Counted from the first letter of the stretch, positions 35,400 through 47,330 are shown. The stretch: 64,000 nt of DNA from Iphione sp. A-MEVVRFRX5 (GCA_976226885.1 OZ320315.1:97092001-97156000), one strand, 5' to 3'. Numbers and translations are program-made. Notes: a model not told the origin generated them from the sequence alone.

Positions 35400-38174
35400 C
35401 TACCTATTTGCAGACCTTCCCAGTAGCCAATTGCCTAGTTTAGGCACCTTGGCCTCTCTAAGTTCCTTTGGGATCTTATTCCACGTTGAGGCAGCTCCAT
35501 AACAGAGGCTGGTCAGGAACTTTCTACTCCTGGGTTTTGGGACCAATGCCCTCATGCTTCCACCCTCCCTTGTCCTAGACCTAGTTGCCATAGGGAAAAG
35601 TCCCAAGTGTACTAGTCTGTGAAGAGCAGAGACCGCTCTGAGGTCAATCATGTCGACCACCCTACTGATGTGAAATCTTTCTGCTAGCCGCTTTGTCGAT
35701 GACTGCACACTGGATTGCATTCCAACTCGAATGCACCTGTTTAGGTGCACCTGCAATTTCCTCTTGTCCGATAAGGAGGATCCATATAGCACTGCAGCCC
35801 CGAACAATAGGTGTGGGAGGACTAGAGCCTTGAAAAGTCTTGCCCGTACGTGTAGCGCGAGAAGCTGCTTGGCCCTTCCCAAGCTGAGCGCGGCCGCCCA
35901 CATTTTAGCTTTGACCTCCTTTATCTGCTCCTTGAATGTTAGCCGAGCATCGATCATGTAACCAAGCAGTCGTGCCTTGGGAACTAACTCCAGTTTAGAT
36001 CTTCCAATGTTTAGGTCCAGTTCGGTATTCGCAGCCTTCCCCAGTACCATGTACGAGCATTTACCTTCGCTAAGTCTCAAGCCTGTATCTTTACACCAAC
36101 AAGCAACCGCATCAATGGTCTTCTGCGATGCTGCACGTAGCCGTAGGAGATCGGGAGCTGATACGATGATGGACATATCATCTGCATAAAGAGTGACGTC
36201 ACTGTTTGGAGGCAACCTCTCAACTATTTCGTCGATGACCAACGCGAAGGCACTAGGCCCAAACACAGAGCCCTGTGGGACCCCATGTTTGACAGCACGC
36301 AAGTGTGAATCCTCACCATTGCAGCGGACAAATTGTCTTCTGTTGGTGAAGTAACTTGCAACCAGCTTGCGAATGGCGATACTCGCACCCGCAATTTCAA
36401 GGCGATTAAGGACCCCTGCAGGCGGCACCAGATCAAACACCTTTTTTAAGTCAAATGCTAATAGACTACAATACAGGCCCGAATTTAGCTTTGACTGGGC
36501 TTGGACAATCAAGCTTACTATGGCAGTTTCCGTGCTCCTTCCTGCCCGAAAACCATGCTGTCTTTTATTTATGAAGTCCCTCTCTTCAAGATTTTTCATC
36601 AGTAGGCCCACATACCATGCCTCAAAGATTTTGCCGGGCAGCGGCAGAATCGAGACAGGTCTGTAATTGGAAACGCTCTCCTTGTCCCCCTTCTTGTAGA
36701 CGGGCGTCACTCTAGCAACCTTCCAAGCATCCGGGTATGAGCATGTCTCAAGAATTTTGCAGAAAAGCGCTGATATGAAGTCTGCTTGACGAAGTAGAAG
36801 TGGTTTCAGGATGATGGTCGGTATACCTGCCACACCGGATGATTTCCTAGAGTTCTGTTTCTGAATGAACGGGAACACTGTGGCTGGGGTGGGTGCCGCG
36901 ATGTCGAATGGCTGTTGGCGTCCCGGTGCAACCCATCTTCGTATCGATGGTGTTACTGCCAGTCTTGCTACTTCATCAACAAAATGATCATTAAACTCAG
37001 CTGCTAGACAAATCTCATCTTTGCTACCATCTTTGTTGCGGGTTGGTAGGGTTTCCTTTCGATTTCCGCGCCCAAGTACTGAATTTAGAACTCCCCACAG
37101 TTTTGAGGAGTCAGTACCAGCTTCCGCTACCTTGTTCATCCAGTAGTTCCGCCTGGCTGCCTTGATTGCCGTCTTCACTTTTTTGTCCAGAAACCTGAAG
37201 ATTCGCTTCGAGTCTATGCATCTTTCGGTTCGCCACTTAGTGTAGAAGTACTGTCTATCAGCAATTAACTCCCGGGTGTCGCTATCCAATTCAGGACCCT
37301 CTGTCACTTTGCGCCGTGTGATCTTTCTTACTGGACATTTTTCCTCCAGGATCCTTCTTGTTCGGTCTTCGTACTGTTCCCACGCTAAGCCAGGGTCGTC
37401 TCCAACGATCGTCAGGCCCTCCTGCCTCAATTGCAAATCGAGATCTTCTGGATTGATGTCTCCCCACCTCCTAATCTCAAATTTTTCTTGGACGACTTTA
37501 GGTGCACCTTTTTTAACCTGGAGAATAACCGGTAGATGGTCACTCAAGAAGCATAGCGGGGTGTGCACGCGCGAGCGTCCATGATAGTTGACCCACAGGT
37601 GATCGAGGCAATGGTCGCCACCTACCATAGTGGGAACTTGAGTTAATTGAGTCATACCGTAACTGCTGAATAACTCAGTTAGGCGCTGGCTAACTCTCTC
37701 TTTCTTGCTGTAGTCGTAGTTTAGATCGCCAGCAATCGTCACGTCACAGCGCGCCATTTTATTGACATCTTTCAGTAATGACTCTAACGCAACAGCAGAA
37801 TGTTTCAACTTGTCGTGTGGTGGACGGTAAACCGCAGCCACGTAATGTGGTCTCCGTTTGCCAACCCTGAGCCTTACTCCCAGGATTTCACAAAGACTCT
37901 CCTTGTTGTTATGGTTAGTAACCCCTTCCACTAGAATTCCCTCTTTAATAAACATCAAAAGTCCCCCACCTTTCTGTCCCGAACCTCCCATTCGGTCCTG
38001 TCTAATCAATTGAAATCCTTTGATGTCAATTTCTCCCATAGTGTGGGTGGAATTCAACCAGGATTCAGTGATTACAGCAATATCTACCTTTTCTTCCCGG
38101 AGTAACTCCCTGAGACCCTCCATCTTTTTACGTACACTTCTTACATTGTAATTCAGTAGCCGAAGATAGCCCAT
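35400..38174 (-). CDS. Intact LINE ORF2p (APE endonuclease + reverse transcriptase), 924 aa
   Basis: APE catalytic motifs NVRS, TESW, YRPP, GDLN, CLDH, SDH; RT YRPVSILP, QHGFR, DLKKVFD, GVPQGSVFGP, LYADD, LLGYMID; C-terminal KPR...SLCYGAASTWNKIP. Confidence 0.95.
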   Translation of the reverse strand: MGYLRLLNYNVRSVRKKMEGLRELLREEKVDIAVITESWLNSTHTMGEIDIKGFQLIRQDRMGGSGQKGGGLLMFIKEGILVEGVTNHNNKESLCEILGVRLRVGKRRPHYVAAVYRPPHDKLKHSAVALESLLKDVNKMARCDVTIAGDLNYDYSKKERVSQRLTELFSSYGMTQLTQVPTMVGGDHCLDHLWVNYHGRSRVHTPLCFLSDHLPVILQVKKGAPKVVQEKFEIRRWGDINPEDLDLQLRQEGLTIVGDDPGLAWEQYEDRTRRILEEKCPVRKITRRKVTEGPELDSDTRELIADRQYFYTKWRTERCIDSKRIFRFLDKKVKTAIKAARRNYWMNKVAEAGTDSSKLWGVLNSVLGRGNRKETLPTRNKDGSKDEICLAAEFNDHFVDEVARLAVTPSIRRWVAPGRQQPFDIAAPTPATVFPFIQKQNSRKSSGVAGIPTIILKPLLLRQADFISALFCKILETCSYPDAWKVARVTPVYKKGDKESVSNYRPVSILPLPGKIFEAWYVGLLMKNLEERDFINKRQHGFRAGRSTETAIVSLIVQAQSKLNSGLYCSLLAFDLKKVFDLVPPAGVLNRLEIAGASIAIRKLVASYFTNRRQFVRCNGEDSHLRAVKHGVPQGSVFGPSAFALVIDEIVERLPPNSDVTLYADDMSIIVSAPDLLRLRAASQKTIDAVACWCKDTGLRLSEGKCSYMVLGKAANTELDLNIGRSKLELVPKARLLGYMIDARLTFKEQIKEVKAKMWAAALSLGRAKQLLALHVRARLFKALVLPHLLFGAAVLYGSSLSDKRKLQVHLNRCIRVGMQSSVQSSTKRLAERFHISRVVDMIDLRAVSALHRLVHLGLFPMATRSRTREGGSMRALVPKPRSRKFLTSLCYGAASTWNKIPKELREAKVPKLGNWLLGRSANR

Positions 38175-38349
38175 CTATACTAGTATACACTGAGTAGTCC
38201 AATGATATCGAGCCCCCACTACCATATACCGAGATCATCAAATTATTACCTATTTTGCGAAATTCGCTCCGGGTAAGGTCAATTAGTGATGAAAAAACAC
38301 AGACTAGAGTTTGTATAAGGTCAAATATATTAGTCACAGGAATGGTAGA

Positions 38350-38900
38350 ACGACAAGCATGTAACACCAGGTTTAGACTCCCTCAGATGCTAGTAGTCAC
38401 ATAGAACATTCGCGTCCTAGTTCCTATTTCCTCAACCAGGTCAGTCTACTTGGGCACTATTATACCAAGAGATGAAAGCTTGGTGTCGCACCGTTCAAGC
38501 AATCATTACAGCCTTCAATGGAAAGCAATTATTCCACATTGTAGTTGGAAAATTCTAAGGAGTGAAATAAGGATCATGGTATTCTACCCTGTTACCAGAC
38601 TGTGGTAATGTTAATTTTGAGCAACCACAACAGAAAGTTTGAATTAACTCATCACAAATTCTAGCACCTGTAGAATGCAGTGAAAAACCCAAAAGTATCG
38701 AATACTAGAAATGACCTAGGATCATTGCAGGGCCATATCCTGAAAAGTCAGGGTTTGACACTAACATCTTGCCAGTTTTTACCGCACAGGATACATTACT
38801 CATGCTACATATCGTCTAGAACAAATTAAATGCATAAGGATGATATGAGAATCAGGTTCTTAGTCTACAAGAATCAAAGCATAGTCATGTCAGGCAGATA
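38350..38900 (-). pseudogene. Possible heavily decayed SGNH ORF upstream of ORF2
   Basis: Only weak traces (LILVD*, VMYP, EFSNYNV, TPSFHL) with many stops; supported mainly by position. Confidence 0.3.
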
Positions 38901-39917
38901 GCGGTTTATCCTGCCTATGTCTAATTCGTGTAAGAAGGTGAAGAAATAACTTGTACGTAAGCTTGAAACATCTGGGATAAGATTGAACTTTCTTCAAACA
39001 ATCTTTGGGACCTGCATGTCACATAGTGCGACTTTATGAGTCATAAATGCCTATGTCTCAGTAATCCTGGTCGTCGATATACACTTCTTCATTTTGCCAG
39101 GTGTAATTTCCACAACTTGAAGTTCAATATGTTCAGTGATCTTGTTCCAAATATTGTTCATAGTATTACATTTGAAGTGATTTTTACAGTAGATAATTAG
39201 GCCACCTCCATTTTTCTTGGCAACTGAATCAGACTGACTGTTTCCTCTATCTAGACAGAAATGATTGTAATTTTTTAGAGATATAAGCTCATTGCAATAA
39301 GTGCTGTTTAGCCAACTTTCTGACATGTTTATCATGCAGGCTGCATGTGTTTTGTTGGGCAATCAATAGACCTTTCTTGTTGGATTTGATGTTAATGTTA
39401 TACATCATAGATGAAAACAATTAAGACAAGTATTATCTACACACACAAAAACTTAGAACAATAGTCACAATATTCATGATAGCTACTAAGACGCAAGAGA
39501 TTTTAAAAAGTTCCAGAAGAATAATTAGAATTATTAGAATCGTTAGAGCAATGGAGGAGAGAGACAACACTGATAATTTCAGCCAATACAAAAGGGGTCC
39601 AATTCAATAACACAAAGACAAAAGTTGTTATCAAATGCATTGGTTAATATAAACATTGCACAGTACACAATAGGGGTCAAGCAGTAAATGACATTGAAAA
39701 CAGATAATGCGCTAGGTCATGTAAAAAGCAATTAGCAGTCAAAGAAATTTGGTGATTGAATTACAGTGTATGCTCAATGTATTAGCCATCTATAGGCTTC
39801 ATGGGTCAGTATCAAATTTTATGATTTTAAGATTTGTGATATATATATATATATCTATAGTTGAGTGATCAACAAACACAAAGGCGTCTAGTTGATGGGC
39901 TGATTGATCAGCACGCA

Positions 39918-40535
39918 TCAATCCATGGTTGTCACATACCAATGGCTGACTGTTTCATTGGTTGGATGGAGTCCATCATAAAGTTTGTTAAAACATGACC
40001 TGTAGACCTTCTTTTGATATCTATGCACAGGTGTCTCAATCCATGGAGTTACATAGTGGTAGATCTGATTTGTCTTAACGATGGTGTTGTTAATTTGCCT
40101 GATGGCTTCATTGAACTCAGCCCGGGTGGTCCGAGAAACATCCTGCATAACCATGTCTGGTAGCCTGAATGTGTTGTATTTGTTGAAATCAGCTGAGCTC
40201 ATTTGGCACCATATGAATTTGGTTGATAGATCCAAACTATCAATTTTTCTCACATGGTACCTCATTATTGATGTAAAATGGTTGTATAGCTCAGTCGCAC
40301 TGTTGAATAACGGGTAGGTTGGATCATTCCTGGACTCCCTATACATCAGATTATTGATGCCTGCAAATATGAGAACCAATTTGTATGAGGGTAAGTCTTC
40401 ATGATGATAGGCCAGGTTCATCACTTGGTCCAACTTGGCCCCAGGCTGAGCATATACATCAACTCGTAGTTTCAGGCCTCTGGAGTCTGTCACAATAAGA
40501 ACCTTTGTGATCGATACCAAATCTTTAGCAGCCAT
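39918..40535 (-). CDS. Stand-alone SGNH esterase (205 aa)
   Basis: VLIVTDSRG, AQPGA, FAGINN, LYDGLHP; intact ORF. Confidence 0.88.
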   Translation of the reverse strand: MAAKDLVSITKVLIVTDSRGLKLRVDVYAQPGAKLDQVMNLAYHHEDLPSYKLVLIFAGINNLMYRESRNDPTYPLFNSATELYNHFTSIMRYHVRKIDSLDLSTKFIWCQMSSADFNKYNTFRLPDMVMQDVSRTTRAEFNEAIRQINNTIVKTNQIYHYVTPWIETPVHRYQKKVYRSCFNKLYDGLHPTNETVSHWYVTTMD

Positions 40536-41500
40536 CTGGTAAAAAAAATATTGTATGTGTGTTCAAAATCGTCCCCAAAATATTTTTACCATTCCACTTC
40601 AGCAATGTGACTAGGTCCTGGTTTAACACTGACTCGGTACCCCAGCGATCACTCTTGGCTGCATATACAATAGATTTATTTTTTGAATGAATGATCGTGT
40701 TTTGGAGCTGGTAGTTACTATTGATCTTATCAATAAGTATCTTTTTGAGCAACGCACCTTCGCTTAGGTTTTCTGGTAGGTCTTTTCGTAACTGATCTTG
40801 TATATTCGATAACTCTTGGGAGTTTGTTGTGCTGAGGATATGTTGTTTTAAATTGTCGCGCTTGACCTTCTTTGCCGGGTCATAGGTCAAGGCTTGCTCA
40901 ACCGTCGCTGCCATGTAGTCGCTGTGTTTGAATGGCATTACATAATCACCTGCTAACGGGTGGCCACTTTCCTCAATGAAGAAGTGGGTCTTCATAACGC
41001 GAGAAAATGCATTTTCTACAGTGATTCCTTAGGGTAATTGATGAATTTGGTTGTGACTATATTTCTTTCCATCAATATTTAAGTACAGCCCATAAGAAGT
41101 TGCCTTGTGCCCTTTACTGATTGCTAGTCTTGCTAGCTTCTTTAAGGTTGTATAAGTTTTTTGAGCACAGGCAGGGATATCTTCATTCACCCATACATCT
41201 GATAGTTCTCGACTTTTGCTCAGATTGGATCTGTGCTTATAGAAGTCGTCACGATCTGAGTATCAATAGTGGACTTAGAGTAGGCAAGTTCACCTCTGAG
41301 CCCCTTAATCTCGTTTTCAGGTTTAATTGTTGACTTTTTGACTCATTGAGGGTGATGTTCATATTATTGATTGTGGCTTGCATAATATCAAGTTGGTTGG
41401 TGAGATTTTTTAGTGCTTGGGTTAGTCCTGGTACCTCATTTGTCTGGGTCATTTTACCAGCTGTATTGTTAACACAATTCGTCATGCTGTCAGTTAGCAC
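40525..41500 (-). pseudogene. ORF1 (coiled coil, partial RRM/CTD) + divergent NADAR
   Basis: Coiled coil 41249..41500; VWVNEDIP...LNIDGKKY...QLP*GITVENA (my translation); GHPLAG, TVEQA, LLKKILIDK, KSDRWGT, WNGKNILGTIL (40525..40995). Confidence 0.75.
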
Positions 41501-41829
41501 TGAGAACCTATTAGAAATAGGAGTACTTACTATATGACCAGCAAACAGCAGTGTTTGATGCTTAGACGGACTTACTGCTGGGAGACCAGCCTGGTCAGCG
41601 CTTTGTTAAACGGACTGATGCATGGGTGCCCCTTGGACGCTACTGGACGCTGTTCCTTTGTTTGCACTCCCTTTGTTCGCATTCAAACAGCTAGATGTCT
41701 GTTGCTTGGGTTTCCCTCTTACCACTGTATAATCCGAGTTCCTGACCATTTCTTCAGTAAGACCCATTCACAGTATCGACAGGTATACTTTTGCACTTCA
41801 AAGATGATTACAATCAAAGTTGCGGTAAC

Positions 41830-43728
41830 ATAAAATCCACTTGTTGCTCTCCAATTGTCCTGCCTTGAGGAACTCCTTGGTTTAGTGCTGTTCTTTCAGG
41901 ATATACATTGCCAACCTTGGTACATATACTTCTGTTTGATAGCTAATTTTCGAACTAAGCAACTGATGGTCCTAGGCCCATTTTCTTTAACCTTTTTTGT
42001 AGTACGTCATGTTGTATGGAGTCAAAGGCCTTTCTATAGTCAATGAATATGGCCCCTACTATGATACCAGAGTCCCAACTGTTCATATATGTAGTTTAGG
42101 ACCTTGTCAATAGCTTTAGTTGTGGATTTCACTGACCGGAAGCCAAATTGATTCTCAGACAATAGTCAATTATTTTCCACATGGGTCCTCTTGCTAGGTA
42201 GAGGTAGTATGCTTATAGGTCGGTATGAGTTTGGATCTCATTTGGACCCTTTTCCCTTATACAGTGGTGTTATGCATGCATTTTTCCATTCTTTTAGGAC
42301 AATACCGGCCTCTGGCGAGAAGTTAATCAGATAGGTGAATTGTTCAATAACTGAAGTGAGTCCAGTGATAAGTATTTTTGAGTAACAGTATTTCAGACCG
42401 CTCGGTTCTGATAAAGCTTTTTAATATTTTGGATACGTCTACACTGACTGGTCACAGAATTAGCTCAGTATTGGGCTTTCTAACATTTGATATAATGCTT
42501 GGATGATTCAGATTAGAGTACCCTATGGTTGCAAAGTGTTTATTCAGTTTTGTGGCTGTTTCTAATGTGGACATATGATTTCCATCACGTGCTAGGGAGA
42601 TCTCTTGGGGCCGCTTGTTCTTTCCTATGAGATTCTGTAGCACCCCCCAGTATTTTTTTGCATTGTTTCGATTCAATTCTAGGCTATACCTAATATGCTT
42701 TGAATTTTCTTCTAGTTTTTTCACTACTATTTTCTTTAGATAAATGGCATACATTCGTTATTTTTGTCGTTCACCAGCTCGCGAATTCCTTTTGTTAGCC
42801 AAAGATTCTTATCTGAGAAATTCTTTGTGCATATTTCAAAGGTGAGATTGCTGATATCGATAGCTCTAATATTTTGTCTAGAAATGGTACTTAGGGCCTC
42901 TTAAAGACCATTCATGCTTACCTAGCTGTCTCTTCAGCTCCATGGTTTGTGTTTCTGACCAGGGACAATACAGTCTGTGTGCTTTTCCATGAGGGCCCGT
43001 ATCTACTCTTTTTATTGCGAAGTGATCACTAATGGATATTTTGAGCATTCTAGTTTTAACATCGAGTGTATTGCTTACAAATGATAGGTTTATGCCACTA
43101 CTGCTTCTTATACCTACCCTTGTCGGTCCATCAGTTACATGTTGTAGGTCATAGTCTTTACAGACATGACTTAGTTCATCATATTGCACATTGTTCTTCC
43201 TCATTTCATCGATGTTAAAATCTCCCATTACTATGATATTCGAGGAGCTTTCTGAAATTTTCGTAAGATGTAGGTCTAGTATTTTCATAAACGTTTCAAT
43301 ATTACCACGGGGTGGGCGATATATTAAGCCAAAAAGTTTTTTGTTCTACCAATTGTTATCTTTACCCATAATATTTCTGCGTCTGGCCTGCAATGGGTAA
43401 GAGTATGGTAGCAGATGTTGTCAAATCATATATCACTTTTGAGGTATAGTAATATTCCTCCTCCAATACCATATTCCCTATCTAATCTCACAATATTGTA
43501 ACCTTTGATCGTTATACATACATCAAGAATATTTTTTGTCAACCATGACTCCGTTATACCGATAATGTCAGGAGTATGTTGTGAGAGTAACATTTCAAGC
43601 TCTGGGATCTTATTCTTTATGCTTTGAACATTGAGATGGAGAACCTTTAATTTGCTACTAGATCTACCGGTGGTATCAATGATGATTGTATGAGCATTTG
43701 AAAATTGAAAGTGAAAGTGTAAAGTCAT
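41830..43728 (-). mobile_element. Degraded LINE ORF2 (APE, tether, RT domains 0-4)
   Basis: LHLNVQS, ITESWL, GGGILLY (43426..43728); MGDFN, PTRV, ISDH (42878..43288); IDYRKAFD and GVPQG at ~41860-42050. Confidence 0.88.
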
Positions 43729-43732
43729 TGGT

Positions 43733-45896
43733 TTTGATTTGATTTGATTTTTATTGAGAAAATGATGTCATCCTTACGATGCTATTCGACCGTTCCTCCT
43801 CGACTACAGCAAACTTTCTCACATCAATTAAACATAATTAATAGATATCAAACACAATTAATCAACTGCTAAACGAAACTCTTCTTCCACAGCCCTCTTG
43901 CAGCTTTCCTTCTCAGTCAGTGCACGGATTGTGGCTGGGAGATTATTCCACAGGACACGTCCTTGATAATCAAAGTATCTCAGGTACTGGCTGCTTCTGG
44001 GTCTCTCCAAGGATAATCTCCTTGCTCTTCCCTTCCTTGTGACACTTATTGGTTGCAATTTGCTTGTCTGCAATAAAGATAGATCATACATACATAAGCA
44101 TGTAAAATATTGTATTCTGGCAGTCAAGGTCTGTAGTCCATTTCTCCTCATGCAGTCTACAGTATCTCATCAGCATCCATCAGGCAATGCTTTGTTGCCT
44201 TATGATAGCAACATTCCAATTTTTGTACCTGCCCTGCATGGGCCCCCTGTTTAAATACTAGCCCATAATCTATTATTGAGAGCAAACAAGCCTTGAATAT
44301 CATCAATCTTTCCTTGTCAAGAATAATAAGAATATCAGACGCCTGATTTTTGCATCAATTGCAGGTCCTTATCCAGCATGAAGCTAAGGAATTTGAAGAT
44401 GGTAACCTTCTCAAGTTTTAGTTGTTTCAGCCTGAGATCTAAACTGAAATTCTTAGTCCTCCCAAATGTCATATACTTACATTTTTTGGCATTTAACACA
44501 AGGCCATTTTTATCACACCAGTCACTAACCGCAGTTAGTGAATGTTGTGCTTTTAATGAAAGGGATAGGGCACTGCTGCCCCATGTGTAGATGGTGATGT
44601 TGTCTGCATAAATGTATACCTTACTTGGGAATGATACAAGTGGTAAGTCATTAATGACTGCCAGGAATAGCCAGGGTCCCAAGATCGATACCTGTGGGAC
44701 CCCATGAGCTACTGACTTAGACAGACTTCATCAGCAATAGCCTGTGGCTTACCAAATCGAATGCCTTACTCATTTCTAAAAATTAGCAGGCAATGTATCT
44801 TCCCAAGTACAGGTCAGAATACATTTCCCTTAGTTGGCTAAGTTTGTATGTGGTCTCCTATAATATGCTACTACGTACTGAGGTTTTCTTTTTCCTGCTT
44901 TAACCTTCATACATAGAACATCCCCTTCAAGCTTAGACCAGGTATGGGCTGGTATTACCTGTGTAATATACTCGGTCCTACAATATATTGCTACTCCCCC
45001 ACCCATCTTCCTTCCTGTTTCCTGCCTGTCCATGTCTTGTCTTGTCAATGTATATCCGGGCACTGATACTAGTCCACTCGGTATGTTTTCCTAGCCAAGT
45101 TTCATTTACACATAAAATGTCTGTGCTGTTGATTTAGCATTTTACCCAAAAGACTCCTAGCATTCCATGCGCATATTTTGAGAACTGTCATAATTAATCG
45201 AGAAACGGGATCCATAGGCTCAATTGCTAACTACTACATTCCATTTGAGTTGGAACCCCCTTGTTTGGTTAGACACATTACCGTGAAGCAGTGGAGCATC
45301 CTCTATTTGCTTGGCTCACGTAGCATCACTGCCACCGCAGATTGCAGACTCCTACACCAGTCTGCTGCAGTGGCATCCGTGGCGTGGCAACCATCCCAGA
45401 GTCTGTTATACCTTTATTGGAACCGCTTGCCGTCCATGCTGTGAACTGGATTTTCTGTTCCTGGAGTATAGACTGAATTCAACCAGTTGAATTCTCTATA
45501 ACACTCCAATTTACATACCCCTGAAACTTGCTTGTGTATGTCGATTCACTATATTTCTTCAGTCTACACCAGTGACTGGCATAAAACCCAGTGGGACTGA
45601 AGCTATCAGATCTTTAAGTGTTGCTTTAACCTGTGTTAGAAAGGCCTGTAACCACAGAGTGCATGTAATTGTGTCATTGTGACAGGGAGATAGTACCCAT
45701 GTCAGCTATCTATCCAACAAAGACATAGATTAACGAGTACTTTATCTGCTGGAGCAGTCTTAAAGCCTGTTCTGGAGTGCGTCCTGGATGATAGTCAATC
45801 TCCAGATAAAATCGTTTTGATTCATACCAATCAAAAGTCAGCCGCTGCTAACAAATCGCGACCCCTTGAGTCAGATATTACATAAATCCACTTCAT
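43733..45896 (-). mobile_element. LINE family A copy 2, internally deleted (APE joined to RT domain 4), (AATCA)n tail
   Basis: MTVLKICAWNARSLLGK at 45191; VYIYADNITIYTWGSS (44335..44682) matches copy 1; tail (TTTGA)3 43733-43747 with TTTATT 43750-43755. Confidence 0.9.
45303..45896 (-). pseudogene. SGNH esterase (family A), several stops
   Basis: My translation: MKWIYVISDSRGRDL, LIYVFVG, TLWLQAFL...VPLGFMPVTGVD, RLWDGCHATDATAADW. Confidence 0.82.
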
Positions 45897-46059
45897 ATTC
45901 TCTGTAAATAGAAACATTCTTAACATTTAACTGACATTATATCATTAAGTGAATGGTAGAATTCAATTTCCATGCCAGCCGGGAAGGATATGTTGGCATG
46001 AAAACGCACAGTCCAGATCTCCTATTCGAGACCAGTGTAAATTAAATTAATTAGATTAA

Positions 46060-47330
46060 TGATACATCATATATGAGAAAGTTGAAAAGGAAAAATAAAG
46101 GAAAAATAAAAACAAGATAAAAATAAAAAAAATTAATAAAAAATTGGATAATAAAAAGTTCTGTAATGTCCATTGCACACGTATGACACGTGGGTCTCCT
46201 AATACGAGGCCGACATATCTGTCTGTCATACTAAAGACAAAGTCACTCATGCAGTTTGCCCGAGAATTTTACCAGTTTATTGATCATCTCCTCCTTTCCT
46301 TGCTCGTTTAGGTGACACCCGTCCTTTAAATAGTAGCTGATAGCGGTTTGTGTCACGACCATTCGACCTGGCATGGATTATGCTGCAAATATTGGGTGTT
46401 GCGAGACCATGTGACTTGAGTGCCCAAATCCCATTGTTCACCTCGTGCATTACCTTGTTCAGCATATGTTGTATGGCATTAGTCGGTTTACCTGAAACAT
46501 ACTCTCCGCACAAGTAACTGTTTTATTTCTGTATGTCTGGACAGAAAAATTAAGAAAATACAAGGAAAGAGTACGGGTAATGTCATGCTAATCTGTCGAA
46601 ATGTATGTAGTATTGTTGTGACTGAACGAACATTTGTATGTGCTTGCAAATGGGTGATTCTTTCCATAGAAAGCCAGTGTGGCCTGTTGTTCTTTCTGAC
46701 GCTCTTTCTAGGCTCATCTCTAGGTATACACTCCCATTTATGATTACATAATGTACCTTGTTACCATCTTGTTTTTGTCGTATTTCAGACTTTTTGTTGA
46801 TGAATACTTCTCATTTTTCCCGATGGCATGAGGTTATCATTAACCCAGACCCCTCGTAGTGTTTTCAGGTTTGCCCTACCCTGCAGTATTTTCCTACGTG
46901 AGTGCAGTTTTGTGAAGCGAACCCTTATGTCTCGGACCCTGTTTTCAAGTTTTCGACCTATTCTGTAGCTTTCCATCAGTCTGGCAATCAGCCGTTGGTG
47001 GGTTTCACCCCCCTCCTTTGAAAGGCCTGACACAATCAAATTGTTTGCTCTTGCATCTTTTTTAAGCTCTCAATCTGATCCCCAAGACTATTAATTTTGT
47101 TTAATATGCTCGGCGGGAGGGTGGGCTCCACTCTACATGACCGTTCTAAGATGTCTACCCTAGCCTTGAGTGCCGTGTTTTCAGATTCAAGGGTAGCAAT
47201 TTTTTGTCCTTTTGATTGATGAGACTGGTCAGTATATACAACTATGTACAGAGAATGAGTGCTGTTATGGACTAAGTAAGCATATGATAACGATATTGTC
47301 ACCATTTTTGCGTACATTTTCATTCAAATC
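46060..47330 (-). mobile_element. LINE family E copy 2: ORF1 fragment, NADAR start, deletion into SGNH C-half
   Basis: Coiled coil (47036..47323); LIVSGL...LQGRANLKTLRGVWVND (46785..47039); TLAFYGKNHPFASTY (46624-46680); FFCPDIQK...HEVNNGI...SNGRDTN aligns with 26230..26727. Confidence 0.85.

Larger units (their letters stand above)
34010..38900 (-). mobile_element. CR1/L2-group LINE unit F with intact ORF2 and a long putative 3'UTR
   Basis: 924-aa ORF2; 34010-35400 has no credible ORF and is assigned as 3'UTR by position only. Confidence 0.75.
39000..41560 (-). mobile_element. LINE unit G: ORF1-NADAR, SGNH ORF, truncated APE
   Basis: APE MSESWLN...GGGLIIYC (39051..39362) plus the ORFs below. 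Confidence 0.85.

Noticed and set aside
39839-39854. (AT)8 microsatellite
   Set aside because: Ordinary simple repeat with no link to element structure.
46056-46250. Phe/Leu-rich tail as a transmembrane peptide
   Set aside because: Encoded by a simple T-rich tract; the paralogous ORF at 26031..26237 has no such segment.
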